In this document: positions 26,145 through 37,960 of the stretch, piece after piece | How positions within the stretch are numbered: the first letter of the stretch is position 1 | Layout: each line of letters starts with the position of its first letter | Source of the DNA: Nannocystis sp. RBIL2 | Lineage (GTDB): Bacteria; Myxococcota_A; Polyangia; Nannocystales; Nannocystaceae | NCBI RefSeq assembly: GCF_026626745.1 | Contig: NZ_JAPNJW010000002.1 | Coordinates: forward strand, 1,190,151 to 1,254,150 | Direction of reading: 5' to 3' | DNA length: 64,000 nucleotides | Notes under the pieces: model-generated | What the model was told of the DNA's origin: nothing | The model's database searches: none | What the model saw: the letters and a program-made list of their open reading frames with translations, nothing else | Position numbers and translations under genes: made by a program

Positions 26145-27707
26145 CTAGAACCAGCGCGCTGCGTAGGCCCGCAGCACCTCGATGCGAGCCAGCGGCGCTC
26201 GCACTGCGATGTGGCCGTCGGGCCTGAGCAGCACGAGCTCAGGCGCGCGCACTCTCCACCCGCGGACCACTGCGCCCGAAGGATCGCCGAGAGTCTCCGC
26301 GTCGCCTGTACCCAGGACCAGGTCGCGAACTACCAGCGATCGGCCCCACTTCTCCGCCAGCTCCCGACCCGCGATCGCCAGCGCCTGCGAGCGCGACGAT
26401 CCGTGCATGAGCAAGAGCGTCATCTTCGCCTCGCTCGCCACCAGCGCGTGAAGTGACACCGTCGCATCGCCCGCGCGCAGCATCGCCGCCGGCGCTCGAT
26501 CACCGGCCTTCGGCGAGCGCCGCGGCCAGCTGCGAGCGTCGATCACCGCCGGCGACTCGCGATACGACACGCCCGTCTGCGACATGCGCCGCGCCATCCG
26601 TTGCTGCAGCGCGCGTGATCGCAGCCCCGCCCTGACGATCAGCTTGCGCAGCATCATCGTCCGTCGGCTCGTCGCGCCGCGGAACAGGCGGTCCGTCATC
26701 TCGAGCGTCCTTCTCGCCACCGGCAATCGCTCCGCGTCGTACGTCGCCAGCAGCTCGGGGCGAGCCGCGCCACGGGCCACCATCGCCAGCTTCCACGCCA
26801 GGTTGAAGGCGTCCTGGATCCCCGTGTTCATCCCCTGGCCGCCGGCGGGGCTGTGGATGTGCGCCGCGTCGCCGGCGAGGAACACCGAGCCCACGCCCAT
26901 CTTCGGCACCATGCGGTGGTGCAGGCGGAACCGCAGGATCCACTCCGGGTCGTACAGCACCGCTCCGGGTACCAGCTCGTCGGCCAGCTTCTGGAACATC
27001 TCGAGCGTCGGCTCGGGCCCGTGACCGTCGCCGCCCATGGCGATGATGCGATAGCGACCGCGCGGCAACGGAGCGAACACCACCAGCCCCGCGGGCCGCA
27101 GAAACCCGCAGCCGAGCCCTGGCGGGCGGTCCCAGCGGATCTTCAGATCTGCCTGATCGAACATGTCCTCATAGGCAGAACCTTCGAACGGCAGACCCAG
27201 GCCGTGACGCACCGCGCTGTGGGAACCATCGCAGCCGACCAGCCAGCGCGCAGTCACCGACTCGGTGCGACCCTCGTCGCCACCGATCGTCGCCACCACC
27301 TGCGAGCCCTCGTCGCGGAACGACAGCAGCCGCAGCCCGCGATCGACCGCGCCGCCGAGGTGCCCCAGGTGCTCGGCCAGGATCCGCTCCGTCGCGCTCT
27401 GATCGAGGAACACCGGCCGCGGCACGTCGGGCCCGAACCGCGCGACGTCCAGCGTCCCCAGCAGCTGCGTCTCGAAGTACAGCTGCACCGCCATCAGCGC
27501 CTCGGCCTCGGCCTCGACCGCCGCGCGCAGCCCCATCGCCTCGAACACCTCGCGCGTGCGCGCGTGGACGACCAGCGCCTTGGAGTGCTCGGTCGTGCGC
27601 GGCGCGGGATCGACCACCCGCACCGTCAGCCCGAACCGCCGCAGCTCGCACGCCATCGTCAAGCCCGTGGGCCCCGCTCCTGCCACCAGCACATCTATCG
27701 ACGCCAT
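26145..27707 (-). CDS. FAD-dependent aromatic-ring monooxygenase (PheA/TfdB family)
   Basis: N-terminal DVLVAGAGPTGLTMACEL (GxGxxG); GDAAHIHSPAGGQGMNTGIQDAFNLAWKL FAD-binding fingerprint. Confidence 0.9.
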   Translation of the reverse strand: MASIDVLVAGAGPTGLTMACELRRFGLTVRVVDPAPRTTEHSKALVVHARTREVFEAMGLRAAVEAEAEALMAVQLYFETQLLGTLDVARFGPDVPRPVFLDQSATERILAEHLGHLGGAVDRGLRLLSFRDEGSQVVATIGGDEGRTESVTARWLVGCDGSHSAVRHGLGLPFEGSAYEDMFDQADLKIRWDRPPGLGCGFLRPAGLVVFAPLPRGRYRIIAMGGDGHGPEPTLEMFQKLADELVPGAVLYDPEWILRFRLHHRMVPKMGVGSVFLAGDAAHIHSPAGGQGMNTGIQDAFNLAWKLAMVARGAARPELLATYDAERLPVARRTLEMTDRLFRGATSRRTMMLRKLIVRAGLRSRALQQRMARRMSQTGVSYRESPAVIDARSWPRRSPKAGDRAPAAMLRAGDATVSLHALVASEAKMTLLLMHGSSRSQALAIAGRELAEKWGRSLVVRDLVLGTGDAETLGDPSGAVVRGWRVRAPELVLLRPDGHIAVRAPLARIEVLRAYAARWF

Positions 27708-27717
27708 CGCTCCGCTC

Positions 27718-27783
27718 CTGCAAGTGAGTGCTCACTCACCGTGCCACGGCTCCAGGACGGTTGCAAGTGAGTGCTCACTCAGG
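27718..27783. promoter_or_regulatory. putative TetR operator pair in the divergent promoter region
   Basis: Two identical copies of CTGCAAGTGAGTGCTCACTCA (27718-27740 and 27761-27783), each with dyad AGTGAG-TG-CTCACT, located between the monooxygenase start (27707) and the tetR start (27800). Confidence 0.5.
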
Positions 27784-27799
27784 CCAAGCTCTCGGGGTC

Positions 27800-28423
27800 A
27801 TGGCCACGCGCGAAGACGATCCAGGGCCGGTGCGCGGCGTCGAGCGCATCGTCCGCGCCGCGATCGAAGTGATCGCGGAGCGCGGCTTTCGAGGCGCCGC
27901 GACCAGCGAGATCGCTAGGCGGGCGGGCGTCGCCGAGGGCACGATCTTCCGCCACTTCAAGACCAAGCAGCTGCTGCTCGACCACATCCTCGAGCCGTTC
28001 GTCGAGCGGGTGCTCGCGCCCATCGCCTTCCGCGACCTGCACCGGCTGATCGACACCGACTACCCGGACTTCGCCGAATTCCTGCGGGAGTTCGCGCGCA
28101 ACCGCCTCGCGGTCGCGCGCGAGCACGTGCCGGCGCTGCGGATCTTCTTACAAGAAGTCCCGCTCAGCCCGGAGCTGCGGACGATGGTGTTCCGCCACAT
28201 CGGCCGCCACGTCATCCCCGAGCTGCTGGCAGTCATCCGCAAGTACCAGGCGCGCGGACAGATCCGGAACGACCCCCCGGAGACCGTCCTGCGGCTCCTC
28301 ATGAGCGCCCTGGGCGGCTACATCATCACGCGCCTGGCCATCCTGCCCGACTACCCGTGGGACGACGACCGCGAGATCGAGCTCACCATCGGCGCGATGT
28401 CCCGCGGCCTGCGCCCCGACTGA
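27800..28423 (+). CDS. TetR/AcrR-family transcriptional regulator
   Basis: ORF 27728..28423, Met MATRED at 27800; HTH GFRGAATSEIARRAGVAEGTIFRHFKTKQ. Confidence 0.85.
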   Translation: MATREDDPGPVRGVERIVRAAIEVIAERGFRGAATSEIARRAGVAEGTIFRHFKTKQLLLDHILEPFVERVLAPIAFRDLHRLIDTDYPDFAEFLREFARNRLAVAREHVPALRIFLQEVPLSPELRTMVFRHIGRHVIPELLAVIRKYQARGQIRNDPPETVLRLLMSALGGYIITRLAILPDYPWDDDREIELTIGAMSRGLRPD

Positions 28424-29000
28424 CCTGTCCTCTCGGGCCAGCCTCAGACGCGCGCCCTCAGGACGTCGCCTCACCTGTTCCTGAGGTCCTGTCCTTTCGA
28501 ACAGCCTCTCGCGCGTTCTAGCGACGTCATCTCGCGGAACCCGGAGTCTGCCGACACAGCGCCTGTCCTTTCGACCAGCCTCACGAGCTCTCGAGACCGC
28601 CGAGGTACCGGTCGCATCGCTATCTCACTCGGAGCTCGGACTCTGCCCGGCACCCTTCTGTCCTCTCGACCAGCCTCACGCGCGATCCTCGGACGTCACC
28701 TCACTCGGAACTCGGACTCTGCCCGGCACCCTCCTGTCCTCTCGACCAGCCTCACGCGCGCTCCTCGGACGTCACCTCACTGGGCACTCGGACTCTGCCC
28801 GAAGCACACCTGTCCTTTCGACCATCACGCGCGTGCTGCAGGCGTCATCTCACGCGGAACTCGGAGCCTGCACGTCGAGCTCCTGTCCTTTCGACCAGCC
28901 TCCCGCGCGCGCCCCCGAGATGTCCGCCGCACGCCTGAGCCTGCCTGACGACGTCCTGCCCTTCTCACAGTCTCACGTACGCACCCGCCGGACGTCGCCT
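28424..29000. repeat. degenerate intergenic tandem array, about 8 units of 65-95 nt, each beginning CCTGTCCTYTCGAMCAGCCTC
   Basis: Read directly: units start at about 28424, 28488, 28562, 28657, 28733, 28809, 28883, 28956; units 4 and 5 are about 90% identical; no ORF with coding-like codon usage. Confidence 0.8.
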
Positions 29001-29073
29001 TGTTCCTGCTCCTGCCCCTCAGCAGCTGGTTCGGCCTCCTGCGCCCGCGCGCCGCGGTGCTACTCTGGCGCAC

Positions 29074-30780
29074 GTGTTCGGCTCGCTCCCGCCGCCGCCG
29101 CGGCGCTACTTGCCCGCGCGCGTGCGCCTCGATCGGCTCGCCGATCTCGAGGCCTGCTACGGCGAGCTCGGCGCGCGACCGTTGCCGGCCGACGATCCAT
29201 GGATCCTCGAGCAATGGCTACGCGACTGGTCCGAGCTCGAGAGCCACCTCGCCGAGGCCCAGGCGCGGCGACAGATCGCCACCAGCTGCAGCGCCGACGA
29301 GCCCGAGGCTGCGCGCGCCTGGCTCGTCCACGTCGACGTCCTCGGCCCCGCCTGCAAACCGCTGCGCCACGGCCTCACGCGGCGGCTCGTCGAGCACCCG
29401 GCGGCAGCTCGCCTCCCGCCCGGCCACGCCTGCGCCCTCGCGGTGCTGCGCAACCAGGCCGACCTCCACCGCCCCGCCCTCGTCCCGCTCGAGGCCGCCG
29501 AGCAGCACCTGTGCGCTGCCTACGGCCAGCTGCGGGCCGGCATGCGGTTCCCCTGGGACGGCGCCGACACTCCGCTGGCCCACGTCGAGCGCAGCGAGGA
29601 CGACCCTGACCGTTCGCGGCGCGAGGCCGCCTGGCGCACCGTCGCGGCCGAGTTCCGCGCAGTGAAGCCCGAGCTCGACCACCTGTTCGACCGCCTCCTC
29701 GACAACCGCAGGGCCCAGGCCGCCGCCGCCGAGCTGCCCGAGTACCGCGCCTATCGCTTCCGCCGCCTCGACCGCCTCGCCTACGGCCCCGCAGACTGCC
29801 TCGCGCTGCACGAGGCCATCGCCGCCGAGTTCGTCCCCCTCGCCGGCCTCGTCCTCCGTCGCCGCGCCGCCGCCCTCGGCCTCGACGTCCTGCGCCCGTG
29901 GGACCTCGGGGCCCTGCCCGGCGGCCCGCTCGTCCCGTTCACCCGCGAGGAGGCGCTGATCGCCGGCTGCGCCCGCGCCTTCGAGGCCGTCGACCCCGAG
30001 TTCGCCCGCCAGTTCTCGCGCCTCGCCGAACATGGCCTTTTGGACCTGATGTCGAGGCCAGGCAAGGCCGCCGGCGCCTTCCAGGTCCACCTCCACGCCA
30101 GCGGCCTCCCCTTCGTGTTCGCCGGCGCCGTCGGCCGCCACGAGGACGTGCTCACCGTCTTGCACGAGTCCGGCCACGCCTTCCACGCCCTCGCCTGCGC
30201 CGGCGATGCGCTGATCTGGAACCGCCAACCCCCGATCGAATTCTGCGAGGTCGCCGGCATGGGCATGGAGCTGCTCGCCGCCGCTCACCTGGGCGCCTTC
30301 TACGACGCCGACACCTGCACCCGCGCGGCGCGCCACCAGCTCGAGCAGCTCGTCCTGTTCCTCCCGCACGCCGCCGCCATCGACGCCTTCCAGCACTGGG
30401 TCTACACCCGCCCCGACGAGGCCAGCGACCGTGTGGCTCGCGACGCCGCCTGGCTCGCGCAGCACGGGCGGCTGTGCCCCGGCGTCGACTGGAGCGGCCT
30501 CGAGGCCGACCGCGCCGCCCTGTGGGGGCGTCGCCTGCACGTGTTCGAGCTGCCCTTCTACTACATCGAGTACGCGATCGCCGGCCTCGGCGCAGTGCAA
30601 CTCCACCGCCGCGCCCTCGCCGAGCCCGCCGCCGCCGTCGCCGACCTCCGCCGCGCCCTCGCCCTCGGCGCCCGCGCCCGCCTGCCCGACCTGTTCGCCG
30701 CCGCCGGTCTGAACTTCGGGACAGATCGCAGCACCGTGCGCCGGGCCGCCGCCGCCTGCCGCGAGCTCCTCGACCTGTGA
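29074..30780 (+). CDS. pepF: M3-family oligoendopeptidase F
   Basis: GTG start; zinc-binding HESGHAFH (HExxH) and overall PepF-like length and pattern. Confidence 0.8.
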   Translation: MFGSLPPPPRRYLPARVRLDRLADLEACYGELGARPLPADDPWILEQWLRDWSELESHLAEAQARRQIATSCSADEPEAARAWLVHVDVLGPACKPLRHGLTRRLVEHPAAARLPPGHACALAVLRNQADLHRPALVPLEAAEQHLCAAYGQLRAGMRFPWDGADTPLAHVERSEDDPDRSRREAAWRTVAAEFRAVKPELDHLFDRLLDNRRAQAAAAELPEYRAYRFRRLDRLAYGPADCLALHEAIAAEFVPLAGLVLRRRAAALGLDVLRPWDLGALPGGPLVPFTREEALIAGCARAFEAVDPEFARQFSRLAEHGLLDLMSRPGKAAGAFQVHLHASGLPFVFAGAVGRHEDVLTVLHESGHAFHALACAGDALIWNRQPPIEFCEVAGMGMELLAAAHLGAFYDADTCTRAARHQLEQLVLFLPHAAAIDAFQHWVYTRPDEASDRVARDAAWLAQHGRLCPGVDWSGLEADRAALWGRRLHVFELPFYYIEYAIAGLGAVQLHRRALAEPAAAVADLRRALALGARARLPDLFAAAGLNFGTDRSTVRRAAAACRELLDL

Positions 30781-30995
30781 CGATATCTGTCCCTCAGGAC
30801 ATCTCGCTGCGGCGTCGGCCCTGCGATGTCAGATGTCCCGAAGGGCATTTCGCTGCGGCGTCAGCCCTGCGATGTCAGATGTCCCGAAGGGCATTTCGCT
30901 GCGGCGTCAGCCATGCCGCTGACGGCCCCACGCGACCTGTCCTTCGAGCCAGCTCGCGGCAGCCGGCCGGCCTGCCGCGAGCTCCTCGACCTGTG
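30755..30995. repeat. 25-bp direct repeat (CCTGCCGCGAGCTCCTCGACCTGTG) flanking a 191-bp insert with an internal 48-bp tandem duplication
   Basis: Copy 1 at 30755-30779 is the last codons of pepF; copy 2 at 30971-30995; the insert carries GGACA/TGTCC palindromes and two copies of CGCTGCGGCGTCAGCCCTGCGATGTCAGATGTCCCGAAGGGCATTT. Confidence 0.8.
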
Positions 30996-30997
30996 GC

Positions 30998-32233
30998 TCA
31001 CTCGTACGCCGTCACGTACATGTGATAGGTCTCGAAGTCGACCGCGCCGGACGCGAAGATCGTCCCCGCGTCGTCGATCGCCACGTCGACCTCCCATGAC
31101 CCGCTGTCGCAGCGGTGCGCCGCCAGCGTCGCGCCGGACGGGTCGAGCCGCGCCACCATCCCGCGGAACGGCGTGTCGTTGTTGTGGTGGCCGCCGACCG
31201 CGATCTCGCCGCTCGCGTTGACCGCGAGGTCGCCGAAGCTCCACATGTCCTCGACATGCGTGTCCCACAGCGGCGTCCCGTCGGCCGCGAACTTCTCGAT
31301 CCTCACTCCCGACGACCCGATCTGAGCCCCGACCACCACCGCGCCCGCGCCGTCGATCGCCGCCGTGCTGAGCACCGAGAGCTCCCACGGGCGCGTCCAC
31401 AGCTCCTCGCCGGACGGGTCGAGCAGCCGGACGCCCTCGTTCCACACCAACGCCACCATCGTGCCCGCCGACCCGATCGCCGCCACCTCGAGTTGGTCCG
31501 CGACCTCGAGGTCCCACAGCAGCGTCCCGTCGGCCGCGTGCTTGACCATCCGCGTCCCGTCGCCGACGGCAGCGCGGTCGCTGTACACCGTCGTCCCGTC
31601 GGCCGCGATCGCTACGCCGTAGCCCGACCAGAAGCCCTGATCGCTCGGTCCCAGGTCGCTCTCCCACAGCATCGTCCCCGCCGGGTCGAACTTGCGCAGC
31701 CACTTCCGCGGCGACACGCCGCCCTCGTCGCGGAACATCGCGTAGCCGTTGCCCGCCGCGTCGATGTCCCAGTAGATCGCACCCGACGGGATCGGCAATG
31801 TCGCCACCAGCGTCCCTGCCGCGTCGAACTCGCGCGTCAGACCGTCGCTGAACACCCGCGCCCGCCCGTCGGCCGCGAGCGACACCTTGCCCGCGCCGCT
31901 GGTCTCCGGATTGACGAACAGCCACGCGCCGCCCTCGCACGCGAAGTCCTCCGGCGTCGACCCCGAGTCGGTGTCGTGCCCTCCCGATGTCGTCTCGGTC
32001 GTCGCGTCGCCCGGATCGTCGGTCGTCTCGTCCGGTCCGCCGGTCGTCTCCGGCACGCCGGTCGTCCCCTCGCTGTCAGTCCCGCCGCCCCCCGACGTCC
32101 CGTCGCTGTCGCTCCCGCCCGTGGTCGTCCCCGCGCTGAGCGTCCCGCCCGTGACCCCCGGGTCCTTCGGATCGCAACCTGTCACAACAGCCATGAATCC
32201 AAGGACATGTCCAATATACCATGTTCTAAGCAT
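30998..32233 (-). CDS. lipoprotein with beta-propeller-like repeats
   Basis: ORF 30998..32272, Met MLRTWYIGHVLGFMAVVTGC at 32233 (lipobox VTGC) preceded by GAGGAG RBS; Thr/Gly-rich linker, then repeated WD/PQQ-like blades. Confidence 0.7.
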   Translation of the reverse strand: MLRTWYIGHVLGFMAVVTGCDPKDPGVTGGTLSAGTTTGGSDSDGTSGGGGTDSEGTTGVPETTGGPDETTDDPGDATTETTSGGHDTDSGSTPEDFACEGGAWLFVNPETSGAGKVSLAADGRARVFSDGLTREFDAAGTLVATLPIPSGAIYWDIDAAGNGYAMFRDEGGVSPRKWLRKFDPAGTMLWESDLGPSDQGFWSGYGVAIAADGTTVYSDRAAVGDGTRMVKHAADGTLLWDLEVADQLEVAAIGSAGTMVALVWNEGVRLLDPSGEELWTRPWELSVLSTAAIDGAGAVVVGAQIGSSGVRIEKFAADGTPLWDTHVEDMWSFGDLAVNASGEIAVGGHHNNDTPFRGMVARLDPSGATLAAHRCDSGSWEVDVAIDDAGTIFASGAVDFETYHMYVTAYE

Positions 32234-32758
32234 ACTTTTCTCCTCGCTCGCGGCCGCCGAGGCCGTCCGCAATTCCTGGTTCGTCGCCCCATGACGGTGC
32301 AGCGCCGGCCGGCCCCAGACCGGTCCTGTCGGCTGCCCACGAGCGGGCCCGCGCGTCGCCCCGGAGCATCTTCGGGCCGATCCGACCTGAACCTGCCTCT
32401 TCGGTCAGCCTCGGCCTCGCGGAGCCCGCCGTCGTGCGCGCCTGCCTCCTCGGCAGCGAACTCCCGGCGACCCTCTCCGCGCGGAGACTCGTCACCGTGA
32501 ATCGCAGCCCGGAGCGACGCCGCATCTGCCGCTTCCGCAAGCAATTCCCGCACCTCCCGATCCTCACGAAAATCCCTAATCCTCTCGAAGATCGTTCGTG
32601 CGCGCGTAAGTCCCATCACGACCGCCGCGTCCGACCCAGCCGGCGCCGCGCCCGTCGCGAGTCCGGAGGGTCATGTCTCCGAGGACAGCTCGTGGGCGCC
32701 GCCGGCCCCGGTCCCCACCTCTTGCGCCGCTCGCCCGCGCTCGCGCATCCTTCGCCCC

Positions 32759-34573
32759 ATGTCGTCGTCCCGCGCCTCCTGGCTCCTCCTCGCCTCCTTG
32801 CTCGCCTGCCGGCCCGAGCAGTCCACGCAGGCCCCGACGAGCCAGCCCACCGCGAACGACGCCCCGCGCTCCGCCTCGCAGGACCCGCCGCCGGTCGAGC
32901 CGGGGCGCCTGCGCGGGCACCTCGCCTTCCTCGCCGACGACGCCCAGGAGGGCCGCCCGCCCGGCACCGCCGCCGACCAGCGGGTCGAGGAGCACATCGA
33001 GCAGGCCTTCCGCCAGCTCGGACTCCAACCTGGCTTTGGGGACAGCTTCCGTCAGAGCTTCGAGTTCACCGACGGCGTCGCCCTCCGCTCCGGCGAGCAG
33101 AGCGTCCTCCAGCTGGGCGGCAAGCCGGTCGTGCACACCCTCGTCCCCTTCGCCGCCGCCTCGTCCGCCCCCGTCAGCGCCAAGATCGTCTACGTCGGCC
33201 ACGGCATCCCCGGCGACACCCCCGACAGCGGCGACTACGCCAAGCTGCTCGACAAGGTGAAGGGCGCCATCGTCGTCGCGCGCAGCGGCGCCCCGGCCGA
33301 TCCTCACCTCGACCCGGCCAAGACCCGCGTGCAGTCGAAGGTCATCGCCGCCCGCGATCGCGGCGCCGTCGGCTTCATCCTGTGGGAGCCCGACGCCACC
33401 GTCCCGTACCCCAACCACGGCGAGGCCAACGACCTCCAGCTGCCCGCGCTCGCCGTGTCCGCCGCCGGCACCCCCGACCTCCTCAAGGCCTTCGGCAAGA
33501 AGGGCCCCGTCACCGCCGACAACCCGCACGGCGGCCTCAAGCCCGGCGCCGTCGCCAAGGGCTCGCTGCACAGCCCCGTCCAGCGCGTCACCGCCACCAC
33601 CGCCAACGTCGCCGGCCTGCTCAAAGGGACAGGTACGAAGCGAATCGTCCTCGGCGCGCACATGGACCACCTCGGCCGCGGCAGCAGCTCCTCGCTCGCG
33701 CCCGGCGTCGACGCCATCCACAACGGCGCCGACGACAACGCCTCCGGCGTCGCGGCTCTGCTCGGCGTCGCCGCGGCGCTCGCCGAGTTGCCGCCCGAGG
33801 CGCGGCCCTTCGACCTCCAGTTCGTCGCCTTCGCCGCCGAGGAGATGGGCCTCCTGGGCAGCAAGCGCGTCGTCGAATCGCTCTCGCCCGAGGCGCGCAA
33901 GGACATCGTCGCCATGCTCAACTTCGACATGGTCGGGCGCGTGCGCGACAACACCGTCGTCGTCGTCGGCACCGGCACCAGCAGCGCCTGGCCGGGCCTG
34001 CTCGACCGCGCCAAGGTCGACCCGCGGGACGCCGCGCGGACCCTCGTCATCAAGCCGAGCGAGGACGGCTTCGGCGCCTCCGACCAGGCCAGCTACTACG
34101 CCGTCGACATCCCGGTCCTCCACTTCTTCAGCGGCGCCCACGACGACTACCACCGGCCGACCGACGACTTCGACAAGATCAACCTCGACGGCGCCGTCGC
34201 GATCGCCGACCTCAGCGTCCGCCTGGTCGCCTTGATGCAGCGCGAGCAGCCTGTCCTCGACTTCAAGAAGATCGCGACCGCGGCCCCGCGCGGCGGCGGC
34301 TTCCGCGTCTCGCTCGGCACCGTCCCCGACTACGCCGCCAACGTCGACGGCATGAAGCTGACGGGCGTCCGCCCGCAGAGCCCCGCCGAGGCCGCCGGGC
34401 TCAAGGCCGGCGACATCATCGTCAAGATCGGCAAGCGCGAGATCCACAACATCGACGACTACATGGCCTGCTTCGGCGAGCTGCAGCCGGGCGTCGCCGT
34501 CCCGGTGGTCGTCGATCGCGAGGGGGCGAAGGTCGAGCTGACCATCACGCCGGCGGCTCCCACGCGTCGGTAG
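32759..34573 (+). CDS. M28-family aminopeptidase lipoprotein with PA and C-terminal PDZ domains
   Basis: Lipobox LLAC; M28 zinc ligands HMDHLGRG...DDNASG...EEMGLLGS...DMVG; C-terminal PDZ-like [16 protein letters not shown]. Confidence 0.85.
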   Translation: MSSSRASWLLLASLLACRPEQSTQAPTSQPTANDAPRSASQDPPPVEPGRLRGHLAFLADDAQEGRPPGTAADQRVEEHIEQAFRQLGLQPGFGDSFRQSFEFTDGVALRSGEQSVLQLGGKPVVHTLVPFAAASSAPVSAKIVYVGHGIPGDTPDSGDYAKLLDKVKGAIVVARSGAPADPHLDPAKTRVQSKVIAARDRGAVGFILWEPDATVPYPNHGEANDLQLPALAVSAAGTPDLLKAFGKKGPVTADNPHGGLKPGAVAKGSLHSPVQRVTATTANVAGLLKGTGTKRIVLGAHMDHLGRGSSSSLAPGVDAIHNGADDNASGVAALLGVAAALAELPPEARPFDLQFVAFAAEEMGLLGSKRVVESLSPEARKDIVAMLNFDMVGRVRDNTVVVVGTGTSSAWPGLLDRAKVDPRDAARTLVIKPSEDGFGASDQASYYAVDIPVLHFFSGAHDDYHRPTDDFDKINLDGAVAIADLSVRLVALMQREQPVLDFKKIATAAPRGGGFRVSLGTVPDYAANVDGMKLTGVRPQSPAEAAGLKAGDIIVKIGKREIHNIDDYMACFGELQPGVAVPVVVDREGAKVELTITPAAPTRR

Positions 34574-34751
34574 TCGGCGGGTCCGATTCGGCGTCGGTCG
34601 TCCGTCCGGAACCGGCGCGATCCCGCACTTTTGGCGGAGATTCGCGGAGGAGCGCGAGATCAGCGTTCATCGGCCGCTCCGCCGCCGTTGCTCCGATGCC
34701 TCCGCGGCTGGTATATGCAGCGCGGACCTCCTAGGGGGAAAGATCTCGCAC

Positions 34752-35716
34752 ATGTCACGTCGCAACAAGATCACGATCGTGGGAGCCGGCAACGTCGGGG
34801 CGACGGCCGCGCACTGGGCCGCCCAGAAGCACCTCGGCGACATCGTCCTCGTCGACATCGCCCAGGGCGTACCGCAGGGCAAGGCCCTCGACCTCGCCGA
34901 GGCCGCGCCCGTCATGGGCTTCGACCTCAAGATCGTCGGCACCAACGGCTACGACGAGACGGCCGACAGCGATGTCGTCGTGATCACCGCCGGCGTGCCG
35001 CGCAAGAAGGACCCGGTCACCGGCAAGTTCACCAGCCGCGACGAGCTCGTCGAGATCAACCGCAAGATCGTCGGCGGCGTGACCCGCGAGATCGCCAGCC
35101 GCTCGCCGAACGCGGTGCTGATCTGCGTCTCGAACCCGCTCGACGCCATGTGCCACGTCATGTACGCCGAGTCGGGCTTCCCCAAGGAGCGCGTGATCGG
35201 CATGGCCGGCGTGCTCGACACGGCGCGCTACAAGTACTTCATCTCCGAGGCGCTGAACGTCAGCGTCGACGACATCCACGGCATGGTCCTCGGCGGCCAC
35301 GGCGACACCATGGTCCCGCTGCCGAGCCACACCTCGGTGGCCGGCATCCCGCTGACCGAGCTGCTGCCGCAGGACAAGATCGACGCCATCATCCAGCGCA
35401 CCCGCGGCGGCGGCGGCGAGATCGTCGGCCTGCTCGGCTACTCCGGCTACTACGCGCCGGCGGCGGCCTCGGTGGCGATGGTCGAGTCGATCGTCCGCGA
35501 CCGCAAGCGCGTGCTCCCGTGCGCCGCGCTGCTGGGTGGCGAGTACGGCTACAGCGACCTCTTCATCGGCGTCCCGTGCGTGCTCGGCAAGGGCGGCGTC
35601 GAGAAGGTCATCGAGATGAAGCTCGGCGACAAGGAGAAGGGCATGCTCGAGGTCTCGGCCAACGCCGTGCGCGAGCTGGTGGCCCTCCTGCCCTACGGGA
35701 AAGGCCAGGCGACCTG

Positions 35717-35717
<1 letters not shown>
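34752..35717 (+). CDS. mdh: malate dehydrogenase (LDH-like type)
   Basis: [13 protein letters not shown] Rossmann motif; [25 protein letters not shown]; catalytic region GGHGDTMVP. Confidence 0.95.
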
Positions 35718-36912
<1,195 letters not shown>

Positions 36913-36916
<4 letters not shown>

Positions 36917-37806
36917 GCGTCCTCGTCGACAAGAACACCCGCCTCATCGTCCAGGGCATCACCGGCAAGGTCGGCCTCTTCCACGCCGAGCAGTCGCTCG
37001 CCTACGGCACTCAAGTCGTCGGCGGCGTCACGCCCGGCAAGGGCGGCGAGACCGTGCTGAACGGCCGCGTCCCGGTGTTCCACACCGTGCGCGACGCCGT
37101 CGAGAAGACCGGCGCCAACGCCAGCGTCATCTTCGTGCCGCCGCCGTTCGCCGCCGACGCGATCATGGAGGCCGCGGACGCCGGCGTGCCGCTGATCGTC
37201 TGCATCACCGAGGGCATCCCGGTGGCCGACATGGTCAAGGCCAAGCGGTTCCTGCAGGACAAGCCCGGCTCGCGCCTGCTCGGCCCCAACTGCCCCGGCA
37301 TCATCACGCCGAAGCAGTGCCGGATCGGCATCATGCCCGGCTACATCCACACCCCCGGCCGCGTCGGCGTCGTCTCGCGCTCCGGCACCCTCACCTACGA
37401 GGCCGTGCATCAGCTGACCACGCTCGGCCTCGGCCAGAGCACCGCCATCGGCATCGGCGGTGATCCGGTCAACGGCACCAACTTCGTCGACTGCCTCAAG
37501 TTGTTCCAGGACGACCCGGAGACCGAGGGCATCATCATGATCGGCGAGATCGGCGGCTCGGCCGAAGAGGACGGCGCGGCCTTCATTCGCGAGCACGTCA
37601 CCAAGCCGGTGGTCGGCTTCATCGCCGGCGTCACCGCCCCGCCGGGCAAGCGCATGGGCCACGCGGGCGCCATCATCTCGGGCGGCAAGGGCACCGCCGA
37701 CGCCAAGCTGGCCGCGCTGCGCGAGGCTGGCGTGACGATCGCCGACACGCCCTCCGACCTCGGCTCGACCATGGCTCGCGTGCTCGGGGCCAAGACCAGC
37801 GCGTAA
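36913..37806 (+). CDS. sucD: succinyl-CoA synthetase alpha subunit
   Basis: [19 protein letters not shown]...; phosphohistidine loop GHAGAII; ATGA overlap with sucC. Confidence 0.95.
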
Positions 37807-37960
37807 GCATCGACACCGTGCGCGCGCGGGCCCGCGATGTCCTGGCGACATCCGGGCCTTTCGTGTTTGTTCGGCGCGGAGTTGCGCTCGATCGACGTTC
37901 GCATCGACGCGCGCGGCAAACACGCTTGCAAACGCGCAGTGGCCGGCCTAACGTTCGGAT

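Noticed and set aside
28424-29000. CRISPR array interpretation of the tandem arrays at 28424-29000 and 54060-54900
   Set aside because: Whole units repeat with graded divergence. There are no short constant repeats alternating with unique spacers, and no cas genes anywhere in the window.
30780-30970. Calling the 191-bp insert a bona fide IS or MITE
   Set aside because: There is no transposase and there are no clear terminal inverted repeats. A 25-bp flanking duplication is longer than typical target-site duplications. It is reported only as a repeat with a target-duplication-like signature.
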